A stretch of 64,000 bases of DNA from Nibricoccus sp. (GTDB lineage: Bacteria; Verrucomicrobiota; Verrucomicrobiia; Opitutales; Opitutaceae), in assembly GCA_047602425.1 (NCBI GenBank), contig JASGHG010000001.1, forward strand, positions 4,608,001-4,672,000, given 5' to 3'. Numbering within the stretch: position 1 is the first letter of the stretch; every line of letters begins with the position of its first letter. The notes under the pieces are model-generated. The model did no database searches. It worked only from the letters and a program-made list of their open reading frames with translations, and was not told the DNA's origin. Shown in pieces: positions 11,343 through 21,149 of this stretch. The position numbers were made by a program, and so were the translations under genes.

Positions 11343-11418
11343 GGCAGAACGCTGCATGGCGCGCTCAATTTTGCAAAATACAAAACCGAAGCCGTGAGGG
11401 GCGGTATTCGCGAGAAAC

Positions 11419-13293
11419 TCAGTTTTCGGCGGAATGCAGGCCGCCGGTACCGGCGCGGAATTCGAGCACGGTTCGACCGGAGCCATCAGGACGTTCGCTC
11501 GCGCAATTCCAGAGGCACGCTCCGCAATGAATGCATTTTTCGCGGTCGAAAACCGGTACGCCGTTGGGGCCATGGGCGATGGCTTGGCCGGAACAGACTT
11601 CGACGCAGGTGCGTTGGTTGCACTGCATGCACACGTCAGGGCAAAGGAAAACGACATGGTCGGCGTAGCCGTGCGGTGCTTGAACTTTGCCGCCGAGGAG
11701 CAACGCGTCCTGATGCGAGACCAGGAGTTTGCCGTCGAGAGGAATGGCGGGCCAGCCCGCGCGGTCCATGAGCGCGTTGTAGAGCGGTAATCCTTTCGCG
11801 AGGCAGTCGGCGCGGATCTGGGCAATCTCGGCAGCTGGGATTTTACCGGCGTAGAATTTCTCGATCGAGGGCAGGCGTTTGTGGGGAGCCTTTGGTTTGC
11901 CCCAGATATTGAGGCGCCCACCCGTCAAACCGGTGATGCCCATGCCGATCAGGCCGGTGACGAAGCCGCAGGAGAAACCGTCGCGGGCTTTTTCGGCGAT
12001 GCGGCTTTCCTTGTCGACCCAACTCGCGCGGCGGCGGGCGACGTAGGTGGCCTGAAGGTTTTCCTTGGAAAATGGTTTGCCGGTTTTAAGAAGTTCGGTC
12101 ACGGCCTCGGCGAGTTGCACGCCGCTGGCCCAAGCGTCATCGACACCGGAGCCGGTGAGGACGTTGGTCGTGCCCGAGCCTTCGCCGATGCGCGCGTAGC
12201 CATCGCCGACGAGATGCGGTTCACCGCGACGGCCGGATTCGCCGAGCGTTTTCGCGCCCCAGGAGCGGAGCGTGGCGCCGTTGAGATGCTGCCAAAGGTA
12301 GGGATGCTGCACCCAGTGCTGGAGATAGCGGTAGCCGGTGCGGACGGGATTATCGAACCACGATGGCACGAAGATGCCGAGCGAAGCGATATTGCCCGGG
12401 TGAATGTACATGAAGCCGAAGATTTCCGGCTCAGGAAAACCAAAGGTGTGGAAGACGGTGCCGGGCTCGAGCTTGGAGGTGGCGGGTAGATCGACCACCA
12501 GTTTCATGCCGACGGCCCATTCATAGGCGTGGTGGCCTTCGGGCAGGCCGAATTCCTTGTCCAGCTGTTGGCCGAGGGCACCGACTGGGCCGTCGCCGAT
12601 GACGGTGAGTGCGGCGCGGATATCCATGCCGGGTGTAAACGCGGCTGTAGGTGTACCGTTTTTCTCCACGCCTTGGTCGATCAGGCGGACACCGACAACT
12701 TTTTTGTTTTCCACGAGGGCGGCCGAAGCGGGCGTGGACGGCCAGACTTGGACGGTGCCGGAGCCCATAGCTTGTGCACCGACCCACTGCATGAACTGAC
12801 CCATGGAGAGAACGAGGCCATCGTGTTTTTCGAGGAACGGCGGAATCCACGGCAGCTCGATGGCCCAATCTTTTCCCTTGAACGGTTTCAGGAAAACATC
12901 GGCAGCGCGCAACGCGAAGGAACGACGGCTAGCACCGATCGGATCGAGCAAGTAAGCGACCTTCTCCGTCTTCACTGGCGCAGCCATCGGAATCTGCGAG
13001 GCGTCAAGCTGAGAGAAGCTGGCCTTGATACTCCGCGCAGGCGTAACCACACCTGAGACACCAAAACCAACATCGTCCGCGCGTTCGTAGCAGATCACCT
13101 GCGGCGGCATGCCGGGCATGGCCTGGCTCTCGGCGATGGGCGTTCCATCGTCTTTGATGAGCTGTTTCGAGAGCGTGGTGAGGAAGCCGCCCATGGCCGG
13201 CCCGAAGCCGACGCAGACGATGTCGACGTTCATGGAAGGGCGCTCGACAGCAGGAATAGGGGAGTCTTGGGCCGCGGAAGACACAGAGTTCAC
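11419..13293 (-). CDS. ETF:quinone oxidoreductase-like protein (FixC + FixX/4Fe-4S fusion)
   Basis: FAD-binding VDIVCVGFGPA, GDGYARIGEGSG, and C-terminal CMQC...CVEVC...CIHCGAC ferredoxin motifs. Confidence 0.85.
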   Translation of the reverse strand: MNSVSSAAQDSPIPAVERPSMNVDIVCVGFGPAMGGFLTTLSKQLIKDDGTPIAESQAMPGMPPQVICYERADDVGFGVSGVVTPARSIKASFSQLDASQIPMAAPVKTEKVAYLLDPIGASRRSFALRAADVFLKPFKGKDWAIELPWIPPFLEKHDGLVLSMGQFMQWVGAQAMGSGTVQVWPSTPASAALVENKKVVGVRLIDQGVEKNGTPTAAFTPGMDIRAALTVIGDGPVGALGQQLDKEFGLPEGHHAYEWAVGMKLVVDLPATSKLEPGTVFHTFGFPEPEIFGFMYIHPGNIASLGIFVPSWFDNPVRTGYRYLQHWVQHPYLWQHLNGATLRSWGAKTLGESGRRGEPHLVGDGYARIGEGSGTTNVLTGSGVDDAWASGVQLAEAVTELLKTGKPFSKENLQATYVARRRASWVDKESRIAEKARDGFSCGFVTGLIGMGITGLTGGRLNIWGKPKAPHKRLPSIEKFYAGKIPAAEIAQIRADCLAKGLPLYNALMDRAGWPAIPLDGKLLVSHQDALLLGGKVQAPHGYADHVVFLCPDVCMQCNQRTCVEVCSGQAIAHGPNGVPVFDREKCIHCGACLWNCASERPDGSGRTVLEFRAGTGGLHSAEN

Positions 13294-13309
13294 GGAGGAA
13301 TTTTAGAGC

Positions 13310-15403
13310 TTACGGATAGTCGAGCGCTTCGGGGATCATCACTTTCGTGAGGGCTTCGGCGGCGCGGTCTTTGGCGAGGTGGGAGCCGGAGAGCGAGGCG
13401 TCGACGGCGAGGCGAAGTTTCGCGAAAGCGTCGCCGTGACCGTTGAGGCCAATGCCGGGAGCGTTGAAGCCGTAGACGAGCTGGGCGCAGATGGTCGAGG
13501 CGCGTCCGGCAGCACTCGCGGCTTGGACGGCGGCGAGGTCAGAGAAGAAGTTGACGTAGCCAATGAGGCCTTCGGCGACGGTAGGATTAGCCGGACCCTT
13601 GGCTTCGAGTTCAAGCACGTCGAGGATTTGCTGGCGCGAGGCGAGCAACCAGCAAAGCGCGTCGACGAGCGGGAAGACCACACCGTGGCGGTTGCCGGAG
13701 AAGAGCTTGGCGCCCGTGGCATCTTTGGCGGTCTGGAGATGTTCGAGCGACCAGAGCCAGAGTTCCATCGCATTGGCGAGGGTATTGGCGCCGATTTCGG
13801 GCTTGTTGATGGCGATGTTGTGTAGTTCGGCAATCCACGTCTTGTAGAGCGCGAGGAAAACCTCGTTGGTCATCGTGACCGAAATCTGGCGGCGCTGCAC
13901 GGCCTCGGGGCCTTCGTAAGTGGCTTCGAGTTGGGCGTCCATCCACTTTTGACCGAGGAATCCCGGGCAGTCCTCGGTGATCCCATAACCGCCCATCAGA
14001 GACACGGCTTCGCGCATCATCGTGGCGCCGTGACCGGTGTTCCAGAGCTTGGTAGCGGGACAGAGGACATTGGCCTGTGCGTCGATCAGCGTGTATTGGA
14101 CGAGCGGATCGGCCTTGAGCGCGTCGTAACGGGCTTGGTCGCGCTCGGCGGCGGGCTTGCCTTCGAGCACAATGAATTCGAGCGCCTGCTTGTTGATCGC
14201 ACGGAAAGCCTTCATTTGCGCCATGCCGGAGGTGATGCCTTGTTCGGCAAACTTCGCGTCCTTCACTTTTTCGAGCGGATCGACCTGATCGAAGAGGCGT
14301 GCGGTCGCCATGCCGAGGGCGGCGGCGGCTTCACCGGTGGCCCAGACATCGACGAGGCGTTGCAGGCAGTCTTCTTTTTGCTGCAGGCCGGCGTCGAAGC
14401 GCGGCGTGCCGGGGTTGACGCTGGCGGCGCCGCGGAAACGGTTGCGTTGGTATCTGATGACAGGTTCGACGGCGGAGAGGAGTTTCGCGGCCGTCATGAC
14501 GCCGACCGTCACGCGGGTGCGGCGGAAGACAGCCTCGATGATTTCACCATGCGAGTAGTTCGGGATGATCACGCCGTCCTTCACGGTGTAACCGCCGATG
14601 ATACGGCTGGCGGGCACGGTCATGTTGAAAACCGGATCGTGGGTCGAGGAAAGCTGGTGCACCATCTTGTGCGTGGGCGCGCCGCGGTCGAAGGTGCCGG
14701 GGTCGGTGTCCTCGACGATGACCATGCAACTCGACTTGATGCGCGGGTCGTCGGTATCGACGGCGAGCGTCGAGAAATTGGCGAAGCCCATGTTCGTGAT
14801 GAAGCGGGCGCGCTTGTCGACGTGGAGCATCGGCTCCTGGCCGTCTTTCCACTCGGCGACCTTGACCTTGCCGCAGAGCAAACCGGTTTCGACGCCGACG
14901 TAAGGGAGTGGTTCGGTCAGCGAGAACGCGCCGCGCCAGACCTTGCTGGTGTCGCCACCGGGAGTCGGCACGCACTTGCTCATGTAGTAATCGCGTTGCT
15001 CTTTCGTCCCGCGCTCGTGAATTGGAGATAGCGCGAGGTTTCCGGCGAGGGAGCCGGTGGCGGCGCCGGCGTCGACCCAGGCGAGTTCGAGCGCAACGAG
15101 TGAAAGGACGAGATTCTTCGGGCCTTCAATGAAGCCGCCTTGGTGCGGATCCATGAAGCAGGTGGTGATGCCGGCGTCGTCGTAGGCTTTGAGCAGCTGA
15201 TTTTTTTCAGGCGTCCAATCGTGACTGTTGCGCGCGCCTTGGGCGACGAGTTGGGCAACGAGGCCGCGGGCCACACTGCGCGTGGACTGCACGAGCATCT
15301 GGATGTCGTAGCGATCTTGGAAGCGCCACATGATCTGGCGGACGTCGTCGCCAGGAAGGGTTTTGAGCGTTTCGCGAGCGGAGGAAGCGGCGGTGGTAGC
15401 CAT
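13310..15403 (-). CDS. Long acyl-CoA dehydrogenase family protein (697 aa)
   Basis: GAFSLTEP, KRARFITN, EAVSLMGGYG and TYEGPEAVQ motifs plus a C-terminal extension. Confidence 0.88.
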   Translation of the reverse strand: MATTAASSARETLKTLPGDDVRQIMWRFQDRYDIQMLVQSTRSVARGLVAQLVAQGARNSHDWTPEKNQLLKAYDDAGITTCFMDPHQGGFIEGPKNLVLSLVALELAWVDAGAATGSLAGNLALSPIHERGTKEQRDYYMSKCVPTPGGDTSKVWRGAFSLTEPLPYVGVETGLLCGKVKVAEWKDGQEPMLHVDKRARFITNMGFANFSTLAVDTDDPRIKSSCMVIVEDTDPGTFDRGAPTHKMVHQLSSTHDPVFNMTVPASRIIGGYTVKDGVIIPNYSHGEIIEAVFRRTRVTVGVMTAAKLLSAVEPVIRYQRNRFRGAASVNPGTPRFDAGLQQKEDCLQRLVDVWATGEAAAALGMATARLFDQVDPLEKVKDAKFAEQGITSGMAQMKAFRAINKQALEFIVLEGKPAAERDQARYDALKADPLVQYTLIDAQANVLCPATKLWNTGHGATMMREAVSLMGGYGITEDCPGFLGQKWMDAQLEATYEGPEAVQRRQISVTMTNEVFLALYKTWIAELHNIAINKPEIGANTLANAMELWLWSLEHLQTAKDATGAKLFSGNRHGVVFPLVDALCWLLASRQQILDVLELEAKGPANPTVAEGLIGYVNFFSDLAAVQAASAAGRASTICAQLVYGFNAPGIGLNGHGDAFAKLRLAVDASLSGSHLAKDRAAEALTKVMIPEALDYP

Positions 15404-15646
15404 AGGAGTTTTAAAAACGAGGGGAAGATTTTGGACGGGGATTAGGCTGCAAAGATCGTACTACGCCTTCCAGCTGAACCACTGCGCGTTTTTTGCCAAA
15501 ACCAGTGCCTTAATGGACCTGTGATTTTGAAAAACAACGCACGCAGTTCGACGTCGGGAATCCGGGATAAAAGCCGGCAAGAATTCGGGCGTGGTGAACG
15601 TCGCCGAAAATGAGAAAAACCACCAGCGACGGGCTAACGGAAACGC

Positions 15647-16099
15647 TTATTCACGTATTTTGGTATCGATGATCAGCGTGACCGGGCCGTCGTTGACGAG
15701 CGCAATTTGCATCGTTGCGGCGAAGCGTCCGGTCGCCACAGGTCGTCCAAGTGCGGCGGTGCTTTGGCCGACGAAGACGTTGTAGAGATTTTCCGCGAGG
15801 TCTGGGGCGGCGGCGGCGTTGAAGGATGGCCGCGTGCCTTTTCGCGTGCTGGCAAAAAGCGTGAACTGGCTGACGATCAAAATACCACCGCCAATGTCCG
15901 CGACGGAGCGGTTCATCTGGCCGGCTTCATCGGGAAAGATGCGAAGCTTGGCGATTTTTTGCGCGAGCCATTCGCCGTCTTCGGTGGTATCGCCCTGGGC
16001 GACGCCCAAAAGCACGAGCAAACCCGAACCAATTTGGCTATGCACCTGGCCGTCGATGGTGACGCTGGCGGTAGAGACTCGTTGAATAATCGCGCGCAT
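15647..16099 (-). CDS. dtd: D-aminoacyl-tRNA deacylase
   Basis: [17 protein letters not shown] and NDGPVT motifs. Confidence 0.95.
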   Translation of the reverse strand: MRAIIQRVSTASVTIDGQVHSQIGSGLLVLLGVAQGDTTEDGEWLAQKIAKLRIFPDEAGQMNRSVADIGGGILIVSQFTLFASTRKGTRPSFNAAAAPDLAENLYNVFVGQSTAALGRPVATGRFAATMQIALVNDGPVTLIIDTKIRE

Positions 16100-16262
16100 G
16101 CGAACAGTGAGCAGAGATTTAACGAAAGTTAAAGAAACGATTGGGAACGCTCCGAGGCACGATCCCGTCGGTAACATTTCCGCGAGTGCTTGCGTATGTT
16201 TCGCTACCGGAGTGCTGGCGCACTCTGAAAAACGAAACAGATAACCCTAAAATTCCAAACTC

Positions 16263-17174
16263 ATGAAAACGTTGAGAGTACTTGCGCCCATTGTTGCGAT
16301 GTGCGCATTTTTGCCGGTTTATGCCGGTACGGTTGAGGGCAACGATATCGTTGATGCGAGTGAAACCCTGGCGGTCAATCTGCCGGAGAATGTGCGAGTG
16401 ATCCGTGACGTATCCTATGGCGAAAACGCTTTGCAACGGTTCGACGTTTATGTGTCGAAGGAAGCCACCGGACCGGCACCAGTCATCTTCATGGTGCACG
16501 GTGGCGGCTGGCGTCGCGGCGACAAGGCCATGGATCGGGTGGTGGAGAACAAGGTCGCACGCTGGGTGCCGAAAGGTTTCATCTTTATTTCCGCCAACTA
16601 TCGCCTGTTACCGGATGCCGATCCAATGACTCAGGCGCAAGATGTGGCGAAGGCGCTGGCTGCCGCGCAGGCCCTGGCGCCGCGTTGGGGCGGAGTCGCA
16701 TCGAAATTTATCCTCATGGGCCATTCTGCGGGAGGACATTTGGTCGATCTGCTCGGCGCGGATCCGCGGCTTGCCTATGCACAAGGAGCGCAGCCGTGGT
16801 TGGGTACGATTTCCCTGGATGCCGGCGCGATAAACGTCGTGGACGTGATGGAAAATCCGCATGCGCCACTTTTTGACAACGCATTTGGCACGGATCCGGA
16901 CTATTGGAAGCAGGTTTCGCCGCACCATGCATTGCGGTTTGGTGCGACGCCGTTTCTGCTGATCTGCTCGCAGGCCCGTCAGCGCGAGAGCTTGAATGTG
17001 TTGAAGTTCATGCTCAAAGCGCGGTCGCTGGGCGTGTCGGCGGAGTTTTTGCCGGAAGATCTGACGCACGGCGAAATCAATTACACGCTGGGACTGGAGA
17101 ACGACTATACGCTGGATGTGGAGGACTTCATGGGCGGGCTCGACCCACTGGTGAAGTGGCGGCTGAAACAGTAA
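16263..17174 (+). CDS. Secreted alpha/beta hydrolase (esterase/lipase)
   Basis: Signal peptide, HGGGW oxyanion motif and GHSAG nucleophile elbow. Confidence 0.88.
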   Translation: MKTLRVLAPIVAMCAFLPVYAGTVEGNDIVDASETLAVNLPENVRVIRDVSYGENALQRFDVYVSKEATGPAPVIFMVHGGGWRRGDKAMDRVVENKVARWVPKGFIFISANYRLLPDADPMTQAQDVAKALAAAQALAPRWGGVASKFILMGHSAGGHLVDLLGADPRLAYAQGAQPWLGTISLDAGAINVVDVMENPHAPLFDNAFGTDPDYWKQVSPHHALRFGATPFLLICSQARQRESLNVLKFMLKARSLGVSAEFLPEDLTHGEINYTLGLENDYTLDVEDFMGGLDPLVKWRLKQ

Positions 17175-17182
17175 ACAGGCAC

Positions 17183-17218
17183 AAAAAAGCGCAGACCGTC
17201 GAACCGATGGTCTGCGCT
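17183..17218 (-). terminator. Intrinsic terminator between the convergent hydrolase and fabV genes
   Basis: GCGCAGACC...GGTCTGCGC stem with a six-T tract on the minus strand. Confidence 0.75.
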
Positions 17219-17240
17219 AAAATTTTCCGAGCGAGGTTTC

Positions 17241-18428
17241 TTACTCGAAGGAGAAGTGCGGCTCGACCTCGGCATCGTAGTTGATGCCAGGAATGCCGAA
17301 CCCGAACAGCTTCAGGAAGTCGGCGCGGTAGCCTTCCATGTCGGTAAGGGAGTACAGCGTCTCGGTCGTGATTTGCGGCCAGATCCGTTTCACCTCGTCC
17401 TGAATTTCGGGACGCATTTCCCAATCGTCGACACGCACGCGGCCGGCTTCGTCGAAATTGAGCGAGCAACCGTTGTACATCTGGGTCGCGAAGAGCCGTT
17501 GAATCTGCTCAATGCAGCCCTCGTGAGTGCCCTTGGCTTTCATGAGCTTGAAGAGCACGCCAATATAAAGCGGAACCACCGGTATCGCGGAACTGGCCTG
17601 GGTGACCAGGGCTTTGTTGATCGAGACGAAAGCGCGGCCGTAACCTTCAACTTTGAGTATCGCGTCGATGCGCTTGGCGGCCTTTTCGAGATCGATTTTG
17701 GCCATGCCGATGGTGCCATTTTTGTAGATATCCCAAGTGACTTCGGGCCCGATGTAGGAGTAGGCGACGGAGGTGGCGCCGGGGGCGATCAACTTGGCAT
17801 CGGCAAGAGCCTGGATCCACATTTCCCAATCCTCGCCGCCCATCACGGCGATGGTATCCGCAATTTCCTCTTCGGCGGCCGGTTCAATCGTGGTCATGCT
17901 GACGACGCCTGTGTCGGTATCGACCGTCTTGTTCGTGTAGGGCTTGCCGATGGGTTTGAGCGCGGACTTGTGGACCGTGCCCGTGTACGGATGGGTGCGC
18001 CTTGGTGAAGCTAGCGAGTAGACAATGAGATCGACTGGTCCCACATCGCGTTTGAGGAGTTCGATTGTCTGCTTCTTGATATCGAGAGAAAAGGCGTCGC
18101 CGTTGATATTCCCGGCATAGAGACCGGCAGCCCGGGCTTTCTGGGTGAAGGCGTAGCTGTTGTACCAGCCCGGCGTGGCGGGACGTTCGACATCGGACGG
18201 GCGTTCGTAGAAAACACCGACGGTGGCAGCACCGGAGCCAAAGGCAGCGGCAATGCGCGAGGAAAGGCCGTAACCGGTGGACGCCCCGATCACGAGGACC
18301 TTTTTAGGGCCGTTTTTAATCGGGCCTTTGCTCTTCACGTAATCGATTTGCTCCTGCACATGGGCAGCGCATCCGGTGGGATGAGCTGAAACACATACGA
18401 AGCCGCGAACTCTGGGTTTAATGACCAT
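17241..18428 (-). CDS. fabV: Enoyl-ACP / trans-2-enoyl-CoA reductase FabV
   Basis: MVIKPRVRGFVCVSAHPTGC, GASTGYGL, YSLASPRR, VMGGEDW and KALVTQASSAIP motifs. Confidence 0.93.
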   Translation of the reverse strand: MVIKPRVRGFVCVSAHPTGCAAHVQEQIDYVKSKGPIKNGPKKVLVIGASTGYGLSSRIAAAFGSGAATVGVFYERPSDVERPATPGWYNSYAFTQKARAAGLYAGNINGDAFSLDIKKQTIELLKRDVGPVDLIVYSLASPRRTHPYTGTVHKSALKPIGKPYTNKTVDTDTGVVSMTTIEPAAEEEIADTIAVMGGEDWEMWIQALADAKLIAPGATSVAYSYIGPEVTWDIYKNGTIGMAKIDLEKAAKRIDAILKVEGYGRAFVSINKALVTQASSAIPVVPLYIGVLFKLMKAKGTHEGCIEQIQRLFATQMYNGCSLNFDEAGRVRVDDWEMRPEIQDEVKRIWPQITTETLYSLTDMEGYRADFLKLFGFGIPGINYDAEVEPHFSFE

Positions 18429-18587
18429 GGAACGATTTAAGTTAGAATGAATCGTACAGCGTCGAGTAAAGATTTCCATCTGGCGATAAGTTTTTTGCCC
18501 ACGAAAGGATGGGAAACTTATAGGCCGCCGGCATGACAGTAGGCCGGCTAACGTCATTTTTGGCTGGTTAAGCCACTTCCCGACAAA

Positions 18588-19202
18588 TTATTGCGGCGCC
18601 CCGCTCATGAGAGTCGGGCCCGTGGGCGCGCCGGTGTTGTCTTTTCGCTCGCGGGTCACTGTGAAGCGAACGGCGAGACCCAGCGGTTTGGCGGATTTAA
18701 ATTCCACCTTGGTCGAGCGTCCGGGACCGGGGGTAATAACACCTGCGCTGACGGGGCCGGAGTTTTTTTCTTCCAGCCAGAGGCGCAGTTCTTCGTCGTC
18801 TCGGGTTGTGGGCAATTGCTCGGCGAAAAGCAGACCGGCTTGCCGCGCGGGGAGCCAGGTCACCAGGGCAGTTGGACCGAGCGAACCGGCTTCAGGTGGT
18901 GTGAGGTGGGCGAAAACGAGCGTCTCGGTCTTAGGCGCATTGTTAGTGAGGCTGGCAATCTGGCGTTCGGCCAGAATGCGCTCGGCAAAGAGTTGGTTCT
19001 TTAGCGATTTGATTTCCACCTGGGCCATTTCGGTGCTGTTGCGCTCCAATTTAACCTGGGCAGCGAGCGTCATTTGCTGGAAGTAAAAGTATGCGGCGAG
19101 CAGCATCCCCACGAAGGCGGTGATCCATCCGACTTTGCTCATTGCGGCTGAGGGCGTTGGCGCGGGCAGGCGATGCGGATTGGAAGGATCGGCGGGAAGC
19201 AT
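18588..19202 (-). CDS. RskA-like anti-sigma factor C-terminal domain protein
   Basis: TM helix, coiled region, then LRLWL...PVSAG...FTVTRE...PTGP..MSG, typical of the RskA domain. Confidence 0.65.
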   Translation of the reverse strand: MLPADPSNPHRLPAPTPSAAMSKVGWITAFVGMLLAAYFYFQQMTLAAQVKLERNSTEMAQVEIKSLKNQLFAERILAERQIASLTNNAPKTETLVFAHLTPPEAGSLGPTALVTWLPARQAGLLFAEQLPTTRDDEELRLWLEEKNSGPVSAGVITPGPGRSTKVEFKSAKPLGLAVRFTVTRERKDNTGAPTGPTLMSGAPQ

Positions 19203-19328
19203 GGAGAAGTAGGTGTTCTATAGTACACACCAACCGATAAGGCCCAGAACCAGCAGAAGGGCCAGCCACGTGAGCGTCCTTTTTTCCCGGGAGGTGAGGC
19301 TGAAAAGCATGGTATTTTTTGGATGTGT

Positions 19329-21011
19329 TTAAAGACCGAAAGGGGCAAGTCTTGTAAAGATTTCCTGCAAGATCGGCTCATGGGCGATTTTCTCAAGCGG
19401 CTGGCTGCTAACCACCCGTACAAACAGTTGTTCCCCCTCGCGATGAAAACCGTAACGCCACGCTAGAAGTAAAAGCTGTTTTGGAGACCGTACGTCCGAC
19501 ACATGGATCACGCGGCCGTCGTAAATGTGCCAATACCAGACATACCGCGTATAACCTTGCAGACCGAAAACCCGTTTTTCGGCTTTGGCAAAAGGGTTGT
19601 TCGCCAGAAAGCCATCTGCGTCCTCCTTGCGCGCGGTCGTCTCGACAGAGTCCTTAACTTGGCGTTCTATCACCCAACCTGCACCGGGAAAGCAGGCGTC
19701 GGGTGTGTGTGTCGCCACGACACTGACCGGAGCCGTGCCGGCCGGCCAGTAGGCGAGGTAGACCGAGAGTTCCTGAATTTCGCCGCCCGCGGGATTTGGT
19801 CGCTGATAGGTGGTTTGGGCGAGGAACGTGGTCTGCAATTGCGACGTGAAACGATACAACTCTTGATCGGGGTGCGCCGACCAACCGGCATAGTCCGAGG
19901 GGAGCAAAGCCGAAAGGTTCGGCGCGGCACGGCCAGCCGTCGTCGCAGGGCGCAGGTTGAGGAGCAGAATCCCGATGACAACCGCGGCTAGAAAAATCCC
20001 ACCCACAACAATCCGTTGGGGCCACAAGGCGGTCGTTGCGACTGGACGCGCTTTTATGTCGCTCGCGCCTTGTCGTGGCTTTTCGGATACAGCGCTGCCG
20101 CGTCGGTCCAACCACAACGCAAGTCCCGCGAGCAACGCGGCGGTCACGCCAATCACGCCATATCCGGTGACGTCGTGCCAAAGACCTGTAATTGCCACGC
20201 CGTTATGGGCGAGCAAGGTGAGAATGAACGAGCGCACAACGTTCATGAGGATCGCCAGTGGCCCGGCCAGCGCAACGATCGCGACCCGGGGCCAGACGCG
20301 GCGAACCAAAGTCGCCGACAAGAACAGCCCCGTGTACACACATGACAAAAGGCTGCGCACACCGCTGCATGCCTCCTCGACGCCGACGGTCACGTCGGTG
20401 AGTTGGAGAATGTTGCCCTGTTTCACGGCGGCGATTCCGCAAAGATGCAGCAAATTCAACACGGTACTCGTGACAAAACCTTGCAGGCTTTGCGTGAGAG
20501 TGGCGTAGGTTCCCGGCGGCATCGGCATGCTCAGCAACCAGAGAAAAATGGCTGCTGCCGCCGGCCAGTTGAAGGGCAACTGTCGCACGCGTTCGTCGGC
20601 GCAGGTGAGCCAGATTGCGCAGAAAAAAGCACACAGCGCCCCGATCATCATCAACACCACCAGCGCATGCGTCCACTCAAGCACCGCCATATAAAGGGCT
20701 CCGAGCGCGAGCAATCCCACGCCGCATACCACGCACAAACTCACGGCCGCCAGATGCCACGGTCCGGAAGTCAAGAAACGCATTTCACCCCGCGTACGCG
20801 CCTCGTGTATGAGTAAAATGAATACCAAGGGCATGAACCAGCCATGCGGGAGGTCCGGGTTGTGACGCCATTGCGGCAACAAAAACAGAGCCGCGCCCAA
20901 GGCGAGCGCTGCCGCCAGAGCGAAATTCAACCAGCCGATCTTGCCGAGACGTGTCGCCGGAAAGGAATCAGCTGGCGGAGAACCGGAAGAAGTGTCGGGG
21001 CGAATGCTCAA
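19329..21011 (-). CDS. Exosortase with a C-terminal EpsI-like domain
   Basis: Multiple TM helices; DLPHG, VEEACSGVRSL (catalytic Cys), NVVR and WHD motifs; HTPDACFPGAGW EpsI-like motif. Confidence 0.88.
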   Translation of the reverse strand: MSIRPDTSSGSPPADSFPATRLGKIGWLNFALAAALALGAALFLLPQWRHNPDLPHGWFMPLVFILLIHEARTRGEMRFLTSGPWHLAAVSLCVVCGVGLLALGALYMAVLEWTHALVVLMMIGALCAFFCAIWLTCADERVRQLPFNWPAAAAIFLWLLSMPMPPGTYATLTQSLQGFVTSTVLNLLHLCGIAAVKQGNILQLTDVTVGVEEACSGVRSLLSCVYTGLFLSATLVRRVWPRVAIVALAGPLAILMNVVRSFILTLLAHNGVAITGLWHDVTGYGVIGVTAALLAGLALWLDRRGSAVSEKPRQGASDIKARPVATTALWPQRIVVGGIFLAAVVIGILLLNLRPATTAGRAAPNLSALLPSDYAGWSAHPDQELYRFTSQLQTTFLAQTTYQRPNPAGGEIQELSVYLAYWPAGTAPVSVVATHTPDACFPGAGWVIERQVKDSVETTARKEDADGFLANNPFAKAEKRVFGLQGYTRYVWYWHIYDGRVIHVSDVRSPKQLLLLAWRYGFHREGEQLFVRVVSSQPLEKIAHEPILQEIFTRLAPFGL

Positions 21012-21149
21012 GCGGGGATATCGTGGTTAACTTAATGACCTACCGGCTATTCGCCAGCAATGTGAAATCTCCGCGACCCTTCGATAAAAAGCGTTGCGAC
21101 CGGTGGCGAAATGGAAACTGCGGGTTAAGAATAGCGTCACATTACCGCT

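Noticed and set aside
11358..11921. N-terminal extension of the 503-aa AraC ORF
   Set aside because: Overlaps the ferredoxin end of the FixCX gene in another frame; not a real fusion.
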